This document shows positions 40,444-53,889 of a stretch of DNA of 64,000 nucleotides, in pieces. The stretch is from assembly GCA_964016885.1 (NCBI GenBank), contig OZ024741.1, positions 43,710,001-43,774,000 of the forward strand, given 5' to 3'. The notes below the pieces were generated by a model. The model was not told where the DNA came from. It saw nothing but the letters and a program-made list of their open reading frames with translations, and made no database searches. The stretch's first letter is position 1. Every line of letters starts with the position of its first letter. The translations under genes were made by a program, and so were the position numbers. Source of the DNA: Eledone cirrhosa. Its lineage: Eukaryota.

Positions 40444-40750
40444 TATAAGATCAAAATATGGTTAAAAGATTTCCAAGTATTTTATTATGCGCATTTCAAA
40501 TCTGCGTTTTCATCAGATAAAATAGGGATACATGATATGAAGCTTAAAAAACATTTGTGAATAGTGAAGTTTTAAATCAACATATAATATGTTGATTTAA
40601 AACTTAACTATTCACAAGTGTTTTTAAGTTTCTATCATTTATCCCTATTTGATCTGATGAAAACGCAGAAATCATCCCATGATGATATTTGTTTTGAAAA
40701 TGCGCATAATAAAATACTTGGAAAACTTTTAACCATCTTTTGATCTTATA
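40444..40750. mobile_element. Fold-back pLTR element with an HHR in each arm
   Basis: Inverted arms centred near 40585. Minus HHR 40479-40523: AUUUUAU CUGAUGA AAAC-gcag-AUUU GAAA UGCGCA UA AUAAAAU. Plus copy 40647-40715 has a longer stem II. Confidence 0.8.
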
Positions 40751-40763
40751 TATTTATATATAT

Positions 40764-43700
40764 ATTTATTAAAATAACAGACTAAAGTTTAAGCAAAGAA
40801 TCGCTGCTTTCTAACTTAACGGGATCTTCTGAAACTAACAAAGACAATCTGTGAATGCAGAAGTGAATATTTAAAAAAACGTTGCAACCGGTTGACCACT
40901 CTATTTACTTATATTCATAATGCAGAAATAACATTTGAATATTTCAACAAAGAACATACCTGTACCAAGCAGGAAAACATACCTAAAACTCCTGATACAG
41001 AAAACAGACGCGTTCATGAAAAGGTTGCTTTGGCGTGGCTTTTATTTCGATAATCAGGGAAAAACAGACAACAAACAGGATAAATTCGGGTTTAAAACCT
41101 CTAATACTCCTCCGAGTAACCCAGCATTGCTACCCTTCAAAAATGATGTCTTGGAACTCATACGGAGTATCAAATTTCGGAATAGGAGCAATTCCTCCCA
41201 GTAGGACCTGAAGAATAGAATCGTTCTATTAAGGATTCTAATACCGTGCACGTCCATTCCGACAAAACTGTCAATCTATATCAAGTGGAGTGCAGTACTA
41301 CCATCAACTGCTACATACTGCTGTAACTAAGTATTACCGGAAAACTAATCGGAGCGTCATCAATGAAATCAACGATGCTGGGTTTAAAATCACCTCCTAT
41401 CTCAACATCCTGGATCGGCTGAACATGTGGACCCTATTTCTCCCCACTTTACCCTGAAGGATCACAAATCCAATTTTCCGAACAACACCTCTATTCGGCT
41501 TATTCACCCTACGAAGTCCTATTTAGGTAGACTTAGTAAAAGGATTCTTGATAGAATTATACCTGAAATTAGAAGTTTGGCCCCTCTTGCACTGTGGAAC
41601 AATTCTTTCGCGGTGATTGATTGGTTCAACGGCATATGCAACAAGAAACATTGCTGTTTTATTCAAATCGACATCAATAATTACTACTCCTCCATCACTT
41701 TACCACTTCTCCTTAGAGCTATCAATTACGCTAAAACACTCACAGTGGTTAAGGATTTCGAAGTTGATGTCATCCTCACTTCTCGTAAGTCGGTGATTAA
41801 TTTCGACGACTCTATTTGGATTAAAAAATCTAATAGTACCCCATTCGACGTGAGTATGGGCGCCAGCGATTCTGCGGAGGTTACTGATCTTATCGGGCTT
41901 TTCTTCTTTTCTTTATCAAGGAAGAATTCCTCAATGTGGGCGGTGGTTTGTACCATGACTATGGTCTTTTGACTATGACAAAGTGCGGCCCACGTACTTG
42001 CGACATGTTCAGAAAAGAACTCACAGCCTTCTTTAAATGATTCAACCTCTCCATACAGGTTGAGGCCAACCTCTCCGCGTTAACTACCTCGACGTTACCC
42101 TCAATTTATCAAAAGGCTTGCATTACCCGTATAGAAAGCCGAATGATACGCTTAATTACATAAGTAAGCATTCTAACCATCCTGCCAGCATAACCAAGAA
42201 CCTGGTAAGAAACGTTTCTTTGAGGCTTTCCCGTCTATCAAGTAACGAGCAGACTTTCAACGACCATTCCAGATATTACAATGAAGCTCTTGCTCGGAGT
42301 TGCTTTGTCGATAAGGTAGCTGATACAGAGTACGAGAATAGACCTAGAAGAAATAGATCCCGACGCATTATATGGTATAAACCACCATATAATATGGAGG
42401 TGGCCACACCATTAGCTAGGATCTTTCTCTCTCTTATTACGAAGCATTTTACACATAAATACAGTATAATTTTTAATAGAAATACTATTAAAATTTCTTA
42501 CTCTACGACTCCTAACCTTGCACATAACATGACAGCTTAAATTTAGCTAAATTACCTAGCCGTATGAACACGTGCAACCCTGTAGTTAGTACTAACTTTA
42601 ATTGTAGGAATCGGGTTGACTGCCCCCTCTCCGAGAAATGCCTCTCTAGTAACATTGTCTTTTCGTTGCCCTTTAAGAAGGAATATGACGTCACTTTCAG
42701 CTTATATCTGGAGTCTAAAAGACAACCACACCCAATATAATTTACACTGGGAAATCATAGCTAGGGCTAGATCGTATAACGGAAATAAAAGACCATGTGA
42801 CCTCTGCGCCGCTTAGGTCCTGGAAATACTTTATGCCAAAGACCTCATCTTGAAAAATAAATCTGAGGCAATTTCGGCTTGTAAACATAAATTGCACAAA
42901 ACCTTCCTGTATTACAGCCCCACATTATACTCTAACGGATAGTACAAACTTTACGCGGATATTTTTACATCTTGATGTGGTAGCTAAGTATATGTTATGT
43001 TTATACCATTACTTATTTGTAAGTATATATTACCTGTATGTTTTGTGTAGGGAAATATACTTTCTCGTACGTATATTTGATTGTATATGTTATGTCGTAT
43101 ATATTATACATTCTGGTACATATGCTTTGGTTATGTGTATACTGGAGTTTTACGTCTGTGTGTGTATGCGGGTTCGTACTTATGTAGGGTGTGTGTACAT
43201 GTGTACTTTGTGTTTTGGTTGACGTGATCTCCGAACATATGTGTATTTACATGTAGGTATGTTTGTGCGTTTGTTATATACGTATTTATTTATTTATTTA
43301 TATACGTTTATTTAATTATATGTATACACGCACACACACACACATATATATATTTTAAAATATATTTTTATGTGTATTTGGTGTATACATTCGTATGCGT
43401 GCGGGTACAGGTGTTGCGTGGGTTCTGTATGTGTGTGCAGGTTGTTTTTTTTGGTGTGTACGTGCGTGTATTAGTATACTCATGGCGAGTGCTTTCGCGT
43501 ATGCTTGTGTATGTACGTATATGGATGCGTGTATGTATTTATTTAATTTCAATTACCTCTGTATTTTATTTACTTTATTGTTAACTCTGAAGCCGAGAAT
43601 CATTCGGTTTCCTAGTTAGAATTTTTGTCTACGACTTCAGTTATGCCATTTACGTGGTTTTGTCTTTGCGTGCGATCGTTCTCCACGCTCCACATATGAC

Positions 43701-44134
43701 GTATTATCTTCGTTTTTTCCATTCATTGCCAGAGAACGTCTCTATGAACCACCTAATAGAATATTACTCTACGACATCTTTTATACCATAAACGTGGTGT
43801 TGTCTTTGCGTGTAATTGTTTTTCACCGCTCCAAATAATGATGTATATATTCGTTTTTTCCCGATCTTTGCCAGGGAACGTTTCCACGGACCAAAGCATC
43901 GTCTTCCTGTCTTCCTCCGGTTGCAACGTTTTTTGATAATATTCACTTCTGCGTTCACAGATTGACTTTGTTAGTTTCAGAAGATCCCGTTAAGGGTGAA
44001 AGCAGCAATTATTTGCTTAAAAATTAATGTTTTATTTTAATAAATATTTGCTCTACGGTTCTTATATATTTGATATATAATTATCGTTATCGAGCCCTCT
44101 TTGGATTTTAGTCTTCAAATTTATTATTATTACT
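40764..44134 (+). mobile_element. Full-length PLE family A (Nematis-like) with inverted 5' pLTR fragment and 1.2 kb 3' UTR
   Basis: 40764-40890 is the inverted copy of about 43917-44045. ORF remnants at 40920-42942. HHR-like motifs at 43973-44023 (+) and 40786-40836 (-). Confidence 0.9.
40920..42942 (+). pseudogene. PLE RT + GIY-YIG, with stops, frameshifts and a deletion in the EN domain
   Basis: NISTKNIPVP, FTLKDHKSNF, QIDINNYYSSI, FDVSMGASDSAEVTDLIG, PYRKPND, IIWYKPPY, LHWEIIARA..CDLC. Confidence 0.9.
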
Positions 44135-44198
44135 ATATATATATTTATATATATATATATGCATATATATGTATATTCATACACACACATATATATAT

Positions 44199-44257
<59 letters not shown>

Positions 44258-44570
44258 AATATATCCTGTATGTGTATTTGATATGTTTTATAAATCTATA
44301 AGTCCCTGGAATTAACTAAATCTTCGGAATATAGCTAGCAAATATTTCTATTTGTTTATGTATGGACACACAGCGCTTGAGATAAGTAAAATCCAAAGCA
44401 AATCTACATATACATGCTATACATAATAAGATGAACACGATGAATCTAATAAAATTATTACGTACACGATGTCTAGACATTTTCGTCAGATAGATTATGA
44501 CTTGATGTATATATGTTCGTAAGAATAAATGAAAAATATACAAGCATAACATACACCCATATGATTACAT

Positions 44571-44619
<49 letters not shown>

Positions 44620-44679
44620 GAAAGAGAGGAAGTGACGATAAAAATTGTAGCTTTTTGTGACGAATTATCTCATATTAAG

Positions 44680-44868
44680 AGGGGTGGATTGACAGTATCA
44701 GTAGGGAGTTGGACGCCATTCTTTGAAGCAAAGATTAACGACCCTTTATGGTCTGACTTCAAATCCCGCGAGGTTAAATTTGCCTTTCATCCTTACAGAG
44801 TCGATAAAATAAATACCAGTAATGTACTGTGTAAATGCTGGCCTTGTGCTCAAAGTAGAAACAATTAT
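44680..44868 (+). mobile_element. SINE (same family as 17625)
   Basis: ttcaaatcccgcgaggttaaatttgcctttcatcc..gtcgataaaataaataccag..agtagaaacaatt. Confidence 0.8.
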
Positions 44869-45038
44869 TTCATATTACAATTGTTTCAATCAGCGCCGCC
44901 TCTAGTTATGCACATAATAATCTATATATATATGTGCGCGTGTGTGCGTAACCACAAGTTATGCACATAATAACCTATATATATATATATGTGTGCGTGT
45001 GTGTGTGTGTGTTTGCATATATTTATATGTATTTTATT

Positions 45039-45066
<28 letters not shown>

Positions 45067-45069
<3 letters not shown>

Positions 45070-45655
45070 GTGTGTATTTACATGTAAGCATGTGTGTGCG
45101 GGCGTTATATGCGTATTTATTTATTTATATACGTTTATTTAATTATTCACGCACACACATCTCTCTATATATATTTTTTTAAATATATATTTTTACCTGC
45201 GGGTACAGGCGTTGCGTGGGTTCTGTATGTACGTTCGGTTTTTGTTTGTGTACGTGCTTGTATTTGTATACCTATGGCGAGTGTTTCGCGTATGCGTGTG
45301 TATGTATGTATTTGGATGCGTGTATGTATTTATTTAATTTCATTTACCTCTGTAATTTATTTACTTTATTCTTAACTCTGAAGCCGAGAATCATCCGGTT
45401 TCCTAGTTAGGATTTCAGTCTACGACTTCAGTTATCCCATAAACGTGGTTTTGTCTTTGCGTGTAATTGTTTTTCACCGCTCCAAATAATGACGTATTAT
45501 CTTCGTTTTTTCCCGTTCTTTGCTCGGGAACGTTTCCACGAACCAAAGTATTGTCATCCTGTCTTCCTCCGGTTAGAATGTTTTTTGAAATATTTACTTC
45601 TGCGTTCACAGATTGACAATTTTAGTTTCAGAAGATCCCGTTAAGGGTGAAACAG
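45067..45655 (+). mobile_element. PLE family A 3' UTR fragment ending inside the HHR motif
   Basis: Matches about 43240-44005 with internal deletions. Confidence 0.85.
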
Positions 45656-46088
45656 CTAATTGATATGTCTGTTCCAATAGACAAGAATGTATCTATAAAA
45701 ACATTTGAAAAATTGAGCAAGTATAAGGACCTGGAGATAGAAATTGGAGAAATGTGGAAATTGAGAACTAAAACAATACCAGTGGTTGTAGGCGCTCTGG
45801 GAATGATACCTAAGGGGTCTAATGATTACATATCGCAAATCCCAGGAAACCCGCGTATAGGAGAAATACAAAAGATAGTACTAATGGGAACTGCCCATAT
45901 ACTAAGGAAGATTCTGTCAATATAAGTACATCACAAGTCTAAACACTAAAGATGCATGTGTGAATATGTATGTTCTTTCTTGAACATGGCGGACCTTGTT
46001 GTCTCTTGAGGTCACTGGTTGTGACTTGGTGATAACTCGTATGAACATAAAGGAAGCTAAATGCAACTGTAATAATAATAGTAATAAC
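45656..46088 (+). mobile_element. Family G R4/Dong-type LINE 3' fragment
   Basis: Near-identical to the reverse complement of 19060-19485; (TAA)n tail. Confidence 0.9.
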
Positions 46089-47344
46089 AATTGTGAAATA
46101 ACAATTCTTTCTACAAATGATACGTAAAGCACCAGACTCAAGTTTCAGAAAAATTCGGATCCATAATATATTGTTATATCGCTCAAATATTCAATTTTGT
46201 ATTATACATTTTATATTCAAAAAAGAAAATGGTTATAAATGGAAGAAAACCCCCTCTGTCTACACTATATAGAACAGCCAAATAACAGCAATTTCACGAA
46301 CACCACAAACTAGATACACCACCTATACCATCACTCCTCTGTGGACACTAAATACAACAGCCACATAACGGCAATCTCACCACCACCAGCACCAATCCCA
46401 GCATAATAGTTATAATTACTGTTATTATTGTCTCAAGTTTTCACAAAATGTTTAATTCCAATATTAAGAGAATATGTCAACACATATATTAAACATACGC
46501 GACTAACCGCATAGATTCACCGATCAAACAAAACTACACTCTATTCGACAAAACTCAGTAACGACAACACCATCACTATAGTCACTCCATCCATCATTGC
46601 TACCACTATCCCATCACCGCCGCCACCACTCCTTCATTGCTACCACCGCTATTCCCCCATTACCTTCTGTTAACTTACGAAGGGGGAAGGTGGCGGTATC
46701 ACTATACAATATTAATAAACAATATTAATATTTAATTTTGGATCAGGAATGTTGGAGTCGAAAAGGAGGAAAATGGCAAAATGACTAAATAGCTAAATAG
46801 CTAAAGATAATTTCAGCACCAACACCACCACCACTACTACGCTAAAAATTCTGGTCAAGTTGCCTCAACATCTCAACCTCTATTTCTACTTCAACTTCAA
46901 CACCATCACTACAGTACTACGATCACATCACCACCACCACTGCCTCATTATCGCTACCGCAGCTATTCTCTCCCACTACCCCCTGCTAGATACTACTAGC
47001 ACAGCACCGCCACCACCACCACCACTGCCTAATTATCACTACCGCCGCTATTCTCTCCCACTTCCTCCTTCTACATCGTAGTCTCCCCACTAAAAGAGGA
47101 AGGCATCAAAATATATAAATAGACTGAATTGATGACCGGGTCAAAATCAAAAAACCAAAATCAATATCAAAGCAGCACAGCAACAACGAAAAACGTAAAG
47201 AAAAGAAAAATGAAGAGAAGAACAAACAGACGGACAGAGAAGGGAAGGGAAAAAATAAGTCAGACATTCAAACATTACACTACAATGAAACTTATGCTTA
47301 TTCATTTTTTTTTTTTTTTTTTTTTTTGCCTGTTTGTTTGTTTG

Positions 47345-50300
47345 TTTATTTATGTTAGTCTACAGCTTGATAATGCCACACAAAAATCACCGGGAGTGAC
47401 GAAATCACCGGTGGTTATGTAACCATACATTCGCCAATCCTCGATAAGAGTGTTTAAATGTCGAACCTAAAGAGTTCGAATAGCGGTGAAGTGGAGACTA
47501 GAATGTCATGTGACAGACTCTCACCCAACAGGTGCTCCCTGGCTCAGCAGCAGGGACCTGGCTGTCAACCAAATACTGCTGGTGTCCGAGGAAGAAGAAG
47601 AAGGAGACGGACCAGAACCAACTGGACGAAAGAATTGAATAGAACTGTTATGCAATGTTACCTGAAGAGTAACCCCAAGGAGAAAGGCTATAGGAAACGG
47701 ATGCATAACATCTGGAATGAGATTGGTCTATTTAAATTAGAAGAACAAAAATTGACCGGGCATGCTCGGGTAATAAGAACTAATGGGTGGATAAGCGAGC
47801 TGGAACTGGAGGAACTGAGCAGAGAGATTAGCTTGGAAATGGAGAGGGAGTATGCCAGGAAAACGAACCAGTGGGAAATGAAGGTGAAGAGGTCGAGAGA
47901 ACGGAGGAACCATCCGAAGCAGACAATGATCTGAATGCTGAAATAAATAATACCTGGAACAGAGATACGGCCACTGAGGAGATGAATGCTGACGGGCTAG
48001 GACAAGATTTGGTTGATATCCTAAACTTAGTGGTAGATGAATTGAACAACGATAGTGGGAAACCTATGAACCTAAGGTTTGTAGACAGGAAAAAGTTAAA
48101 AGAAACAACAGCTAAGGTAATCAAAGTCATCCCATACCTTGAGGCGAGGAGCCTTCCCCAGTGCAACAATATCCTCAAAGCAACAGCAAATACGGTGAGG
48201 AAATTACTTGGTATAAAAGCGAGAGGAAACAACAAACAACAAAGATCAGAGCCTTGGTGGAAGAAACGACTGAGTGGTCAAATCAGGGAAATGAGAAATG
48301 ACATTGGAAAGCTTGAGTCCCTACTGAATGGGACACTAAATAACATAGAAATTAAAAATAGACTGGAAAAAGCTAAATATTATCATAGAGGAACTGAAGC
48401 AAAGGCATTGTAGCAAAGAGTGCAAAAATCAGGCGATACGAGAACAGAGTCAGTCAGTATAGACAGAACCGCATGTTTGACAACAACCAGAAGATATTGT
48501 TTGGGCAGCTCGAAGGGAAAGAAAGATGCAACAACTTGATCCCTGAGGCGGAACAAACTAAAAAATTCTGGAGAGGAATATGGGAGCATGATGTTAAACA
48601 TAATGACCAGGCAGTGTGGATTGAGACAGTACAGAAGGAGATTAGTGAACAGGCACACCAACAAACTGATTTGAGTGTCACAGTTGAAACTCTTAAGGGG
48701 CAGGCCAAAAAACTAACTAACTGGAAATCACCAGGCCCAGATGGTGTGCAGGGGTATTGGATTAAAAATATAACATCCCTCCACCCGAAACTGACAACCA
48801 TGTTCAATGACTGCTTGATGTCAGGTGAGGTACCAGAGTGGTTGACAAAAGGTACCACAGTTCTGATAATGAAAGACCGAATCAAGGGTAATGATGTTAC
48901 CAACTATAGACCTATCACATGTCTGTCCGTAATGTGGAAACTGTTGACAAGCATTATGTCTGAGGAAATCTACCATCACCTCCACACAAACAACTTGTTA
49001 CCGGACGAACAGAAAGGATGCCGAAAGAAGTCCCGTGGTACAAAGGACCAGTTACTTATTGATAAGATGGTAATGAGGAATTGCAAGAGGAGACACACTG
49101 GTCTTGCCATGGGATGGATAGACTACAAAAAGGCATTTGACATGGTGCCTCATTCTTGGATCACAAAAAGCCTAGAGATCTTCAAGGTGGCAGATAACAT
49201 CAGACAGTTGTTGGGCAAAAGTATGAAGTCCTGGGAAACAGAGTTAACATCAGCTGGAGAATCCTTGGGAAGCGTGAAGATCAACAGAGGTATCTTCCAG
49301 GGAGATAGTCTGTCCCCTCTGTTGTTTGTCCTTGCCCTGATGCCCCTGACCAGTGTACTGCGAAAAGTGAGAGCAGGATACAGGTTGGGAAAGGGAGGGC
49401 TTACTATCAATCACCTGCTCTTCATGGACGATCTTAAGCTCTTCGGGAAGCGTTAGAGTTGGATGTGCTTGTTGACACTGTCCGTATTTTCAGCAATGAT
49501 ATATGTATGCAATTTGGTATTAGTAAGTGTGGAGTCCTTGTGATGAAGAGGGGTAAATTGAGCAGAAGTAACGGAATCCAGGTACCAACAGGTGAGATGA
49601 TAAAGGAAATTGACACTGAAGAAGGGTTCAAGTATTTGGGTGTTCTGGAGGCTGATGACATCAAGAACAAAAAAAATGAAGGAATTGATAAGAACTGAAT
49701 ACATTTGGAGAGTAAGGCGCGTATTAAAGTCACATCTGAACAGTAGGAATACCATAAGTGCAGTAAATTCCCGAGCTGTGTCTATTATTAGGTACAGTGC
49801 GGGAATTCTGAGATGGAATGTTGCTGAACAAAAAGAAATGGATAGGAAGACTAGGAAGCTATTGATTATCTACAACATGTTCCACAAGAGGAGTGATGTC
49901 GATAACCTCTACTTAAGGAGATCTGAAGCTGGAAGAGGTCTTATCAGCATAGAGGACTGTGTTCAGATGGAGAAATTCAACCTACACAAATACGTGACTG
50001 ATAGTAAGGAGCCAATGCTCAGAACTGTACTGAAGGAGAGGACAATAGACCAGGGGATGTCCACGGAGGAAATAACATAAAGGAGAAAGAGCAGCCTTCA
50101 GGAAAAATCCCTTCATAGTACCTTCTTTGAGAAAACTGAATTCAGAGATCCACAGACATGGAACTGATTGAAAAGAGGAGACCTTAAACAGGCTACAGAA
50201 GGAATGTTAATGGCTGCGCAAGAGCAGGCCCTTAAAACGAAGTGGTTGAAACACCATATTTACAAGGAGGAGGCTAGTCCACTGTGCAGGATCTGTGGAG

Positions 50301-50950
50301 AGAGAGAGGAGACTAAGGCTCACATTGTATCCGAGTGTAAACACCTAGCCCAGACTAACTATAAGGGCTGGAGACATGATGTGATGGACAGGGTGATCCA
50401 CTGGCACCTATGCAAAGTAAACAATTTACCACATTCTGAGTAGTCGATGAACATAAGCCAGAGTCGGTGATAGAAAACGATCAGGTGAAGGTGCTGTGGG
50501 ATTTTAGGATACAGACGGACAAGAAACTGGAACACAATAGACCTGACCTGGTGGTTGTGGAAAAAGAAAAAAAGATCGTGCCTGATTGTGGATGTGGCCT
50601 GCCCATTCGACACGAGAGTGCAAGAAAAGGAGAGGGAGAAAATTAACCGATACAAGGACTTAAAGTGGGAGGTAAAAAGGATTTGGAACTGCCATGAAGT
50701 CAAAGTGGTCCCGATTGTCATAGGCGCACTAGGTACTGTCTCAAAAGGTTTCCAGGGATGGTTAAAGAAAATTGGCCCCTTCACGCTTTTTGGAACGCTT
50801 CAAAAGGCATCCTTGCTGGGAACAGCAAGAACCCTCCGATACATCGTGAATAACTGATGCTACAGGTAGTGGCTTGATATTCATTTCAACAAACTTTCCA
50901 GTTAACATCAATGACTGAGACTCAAATAATAATAATAATAATAATAATAA
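47345..50950 (+). mobile_element. Family F R4/Dong-type LINE, apparently full-length, decayed
   Basis: ORF pieces 47458-50857 are homologous to the minus copy at 26710-30000; LLFMDDLKL; (TAA)n tail at 50926-50950. Confidence 0.92.
47361..47421 (+). ncRNA. Candidate U3-A8 hammerhead just upstream of the LINE ORF
   Basis: UACAgc UUGAUAA u GCCAC...GUGAC GAAA UCACCGGUGG UU aUGUA; stems I and II are imperfect. Confidence 0.45.
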
Positions 50951-53838
50951 ATTTGAAGACTAACATCCGAAGAGGCCTCGATAAGGATAAATATATATCA
51001 AATATATAAGAAACGTAGAGCAAATATTTATTACAATAGCAGATTAAAGTTTAAGCAAAGAATCGCTGTAACTAAAAAATATCAATCTGTGAACGCAGAA
51101 GTAAATATTTCGAAAAATGTTGCAAACGAAGGAAGTCAGAAACACGATACTTTGGTTCCTGGAGACGTTCCCTGCCAAAGAATGGAAAAAACGAAGATAA
51201 TACGTCATTATGTGGAGCGGTTAGAACACGCAAATTCAAAACCACGCTTATGGGATAAATGAAGTCGTTGACTTATATTCTATTAGGTGGTTCGTGGAGA
51301 CGTTCCCTGGCAATGAACGAAAGAAACGTCATTATGTGCAGCGTGGAGAGCAATTATACGCAATTACAAAACGACGTTTATGGTATAACTGAAGTCGTAG
51401 ACTAAACTTCTATTTAGGAAACCGAATGATTCTCGTCTCCAGAGTTAAGAAGAATTGTTTCTATTTTTGGCACAAGGCCAGCAATTATCTCAGTGTATTA
51501 CTAGTACTTTATGTTATCGACACCGTAAAGATGAAAGGCAAAGTTAACTTCGGCGGGATTTTAACTTAAAAATGAAGGGCCGTAATTCTTTGGGCCTTTA
51601 GAGTTAAGAATAATGTAAATAAATAACAGAGGTTATTGAAATCAACAATAATTAACATGCCCGCATCCATATACGTACATACGCATGCATACGCGAAAAC
51701 AACCGCCATGTGTATGCAAATACAGGCACGTGCACATAAAAACGCGCACACATACAAAAACCCACGCAACGCCTGTACCCGCACACATTCGAACGTATAC
51801 ACCAAATACACATAAAACAAATATAAAAAATATATATATACATATATGCGTGTGTGTGTGTGCGCGTATACATAAAATTATATAAACGTATATAAATATA
51901 CACACATAGATACGCATATAACGCGCGCACACACATACCTACATGTAAATACAAATATTTTCGCTAAACCAACGTCAAACAAAACACAAAGTACACATAT
52001 ACACACACCCTACATACGTACAAACCCGCATACACACACACACGCATAACTCACGTATACTCATAAGCATATACAGATGCACCAGTATATATAATATAAT
52101 ATATACGCCTATAACAAATACAAGCAAATATACGTACGACAAAGTATACGTACGTTCAGAAAACATACAGGTAATATATACTTACATATACAAATAAATA
52201 ATGGTATAAACATAACATGTACTTAGCTAACACACCAAGACGTAAATAATCCTTGTATAGTTCGTACTATCCATTAGGGTATAATGTGGGGCTGTAATGC
52301 AGAAAAGGTTTGTGAAATTTGTGTTTACAAGCCGAAATTGCCTCATATTATTTGTTTAAGATTTAGTCATTTGTGTAGAGTATTTACAGGGCTTCAGCGG
52401 CGCAGAGGTCACATGGTCTTTTATTTCCGTTAATCGATCTAGCCCTAGCTAGGATTTCCCAGTGTAACTTATATTGGGTGTGGTTGTCTTTTAGACTCCA
52501 GATATAAGCTGAAAGTGACGTCATATTCCTTCTTAAATGATTAAGAAAAGAATAGGTATGCATGTAAAGACGCTGCTTGAATCTATTGGCGATTAACCCT
52601 ATGTCGGCCCTACAGGACGTGGGTGTTTCAATCTTATATTACTAGACAATTTTACTAAAGAGGCATTTCCCGGATAGGGAGCAGTCAACCAGATTCCTAT
52701 AATTACAGTTAGTACTAGCTACAGGGTTGCACGTGTTCCTACTGCTAGGTAATTTAGCTAAATTTGAAGCAGTGATGTTATGTGAAATGTTAGGAGTCGT
52801 ACAGTAAGAAATGTTAATAGTATTTCTATTAAAAATGTTATTATATTTATGTACTGGAGGGAAATGCATCATAATAAGGGAGAGAAAGATCTTAGCTAAT
52901 AGTGTGTCACCTTCATATTATATGGTGGGTTATACATTATAATGCGTCGGGATCTATTTTTCCTAGGTCTATGTTCATACTCGGTATATGCTACCTTATC
53001 GACAAATCCACTTCGAGCAAGAGCTTCATTGTAATATGCTCGTTTGTAGATAGTCGGTAAAACCTCAAATAAACGTTTCTTACCAGGTTCTTGGTTATCC
53101 TGGCAGGATGGTTAGAATGCTTACTTATGTAATTAAGCGTATCATTCGGCTTTCTATACGGGTAATGCAAGCCATTTGATAAATTGAGGGTAACGCTCAG
53201 GTAATCAACGACCGAGAGGTTGACCTCAAGTTGAATGAAGAGATTGAATCCTTTAAAGAAGGCTGTGAGTTATTTTCTGAACATGTCCCAAGCACGTGGG
53301 CCGCACTTTGTCATTGTCAAAAGACCATCATCACGGTACAAACCACCGCCCACGTTGGGGAATTCTTCCTTGATTGAGAAAAGAAGGAAAAGGCCGATAA
53401 GATTAGTAACCTCCGCAGAATCGCTGGCGCCCATACTCACGTCGAATGGGGTATTATTAGATTTTTTAATCCAAATAGAGTCGTCGAAATTAATCACCGA
53501 CTTACGGGCATTGAGGATGACATCAACTTCAAAATCCTTAACCATTGTGAGTGTTTTAGCGAAATTGATAGCTCTATAGAGAAGTGGTAAAGTGATGGAG
53601 GAGTAGTAATTATTAATGTCGAATTGGATAAAACGGCAATATTCCTCGTTACATATGCCGTTGAACCAATCAATCACCTGGAAAGAATTGTTCCACAATG
53701 CAAGAGGGGCCAAGCTTCTAATTTCAGGTATAATTCTATCTAAAATCCTTTTACTAAGTCTAGCTGCCATAAACGTGGTTTTGTATTTGCGTGTAATTGT
53801 CCCTCCGATCCACATAATGACGTATTATCTTCGTTTTT
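50945..53838 (-). mobile_element. PLE family A, 5'-truncated, with short inverted UTR fragment (53764-53838)
   Basis: ORF 53270-53815 has QFDINNYYSSI..GGGLYRDDGLL; 3' UTR matches 42943-44134; HHR core deleted near 51068. Confidence 0.9.
51452..51599 (-). mobile_element. SINE inserted into the family A UTR with an 11 bp TSD
   Basis: AGAGTTAAGAA at 51441-51451 and 51600-51610 flanks the SINE. Confidence 0.85.
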
Positions 53839-53889
53839 ATATATATATAATCGAAGAAATTGATGAAAGAGAAGCAGGCCGTTAAAATA

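Noticed and set aside
43620-43900. Repeat-spacer-like pattern (CRISPR-like)
   Set aside because: Degenerate tandem units in a eukaryotic PLE 3' UTR, with no unique spacers or cas genes.
44452-44495. Minus-strand CUGACGA aaAUGU-cuag-ACAU CGUGUACG UA motif
   Set aside because: GAAA is missing; probably a dead HHR and not counted.
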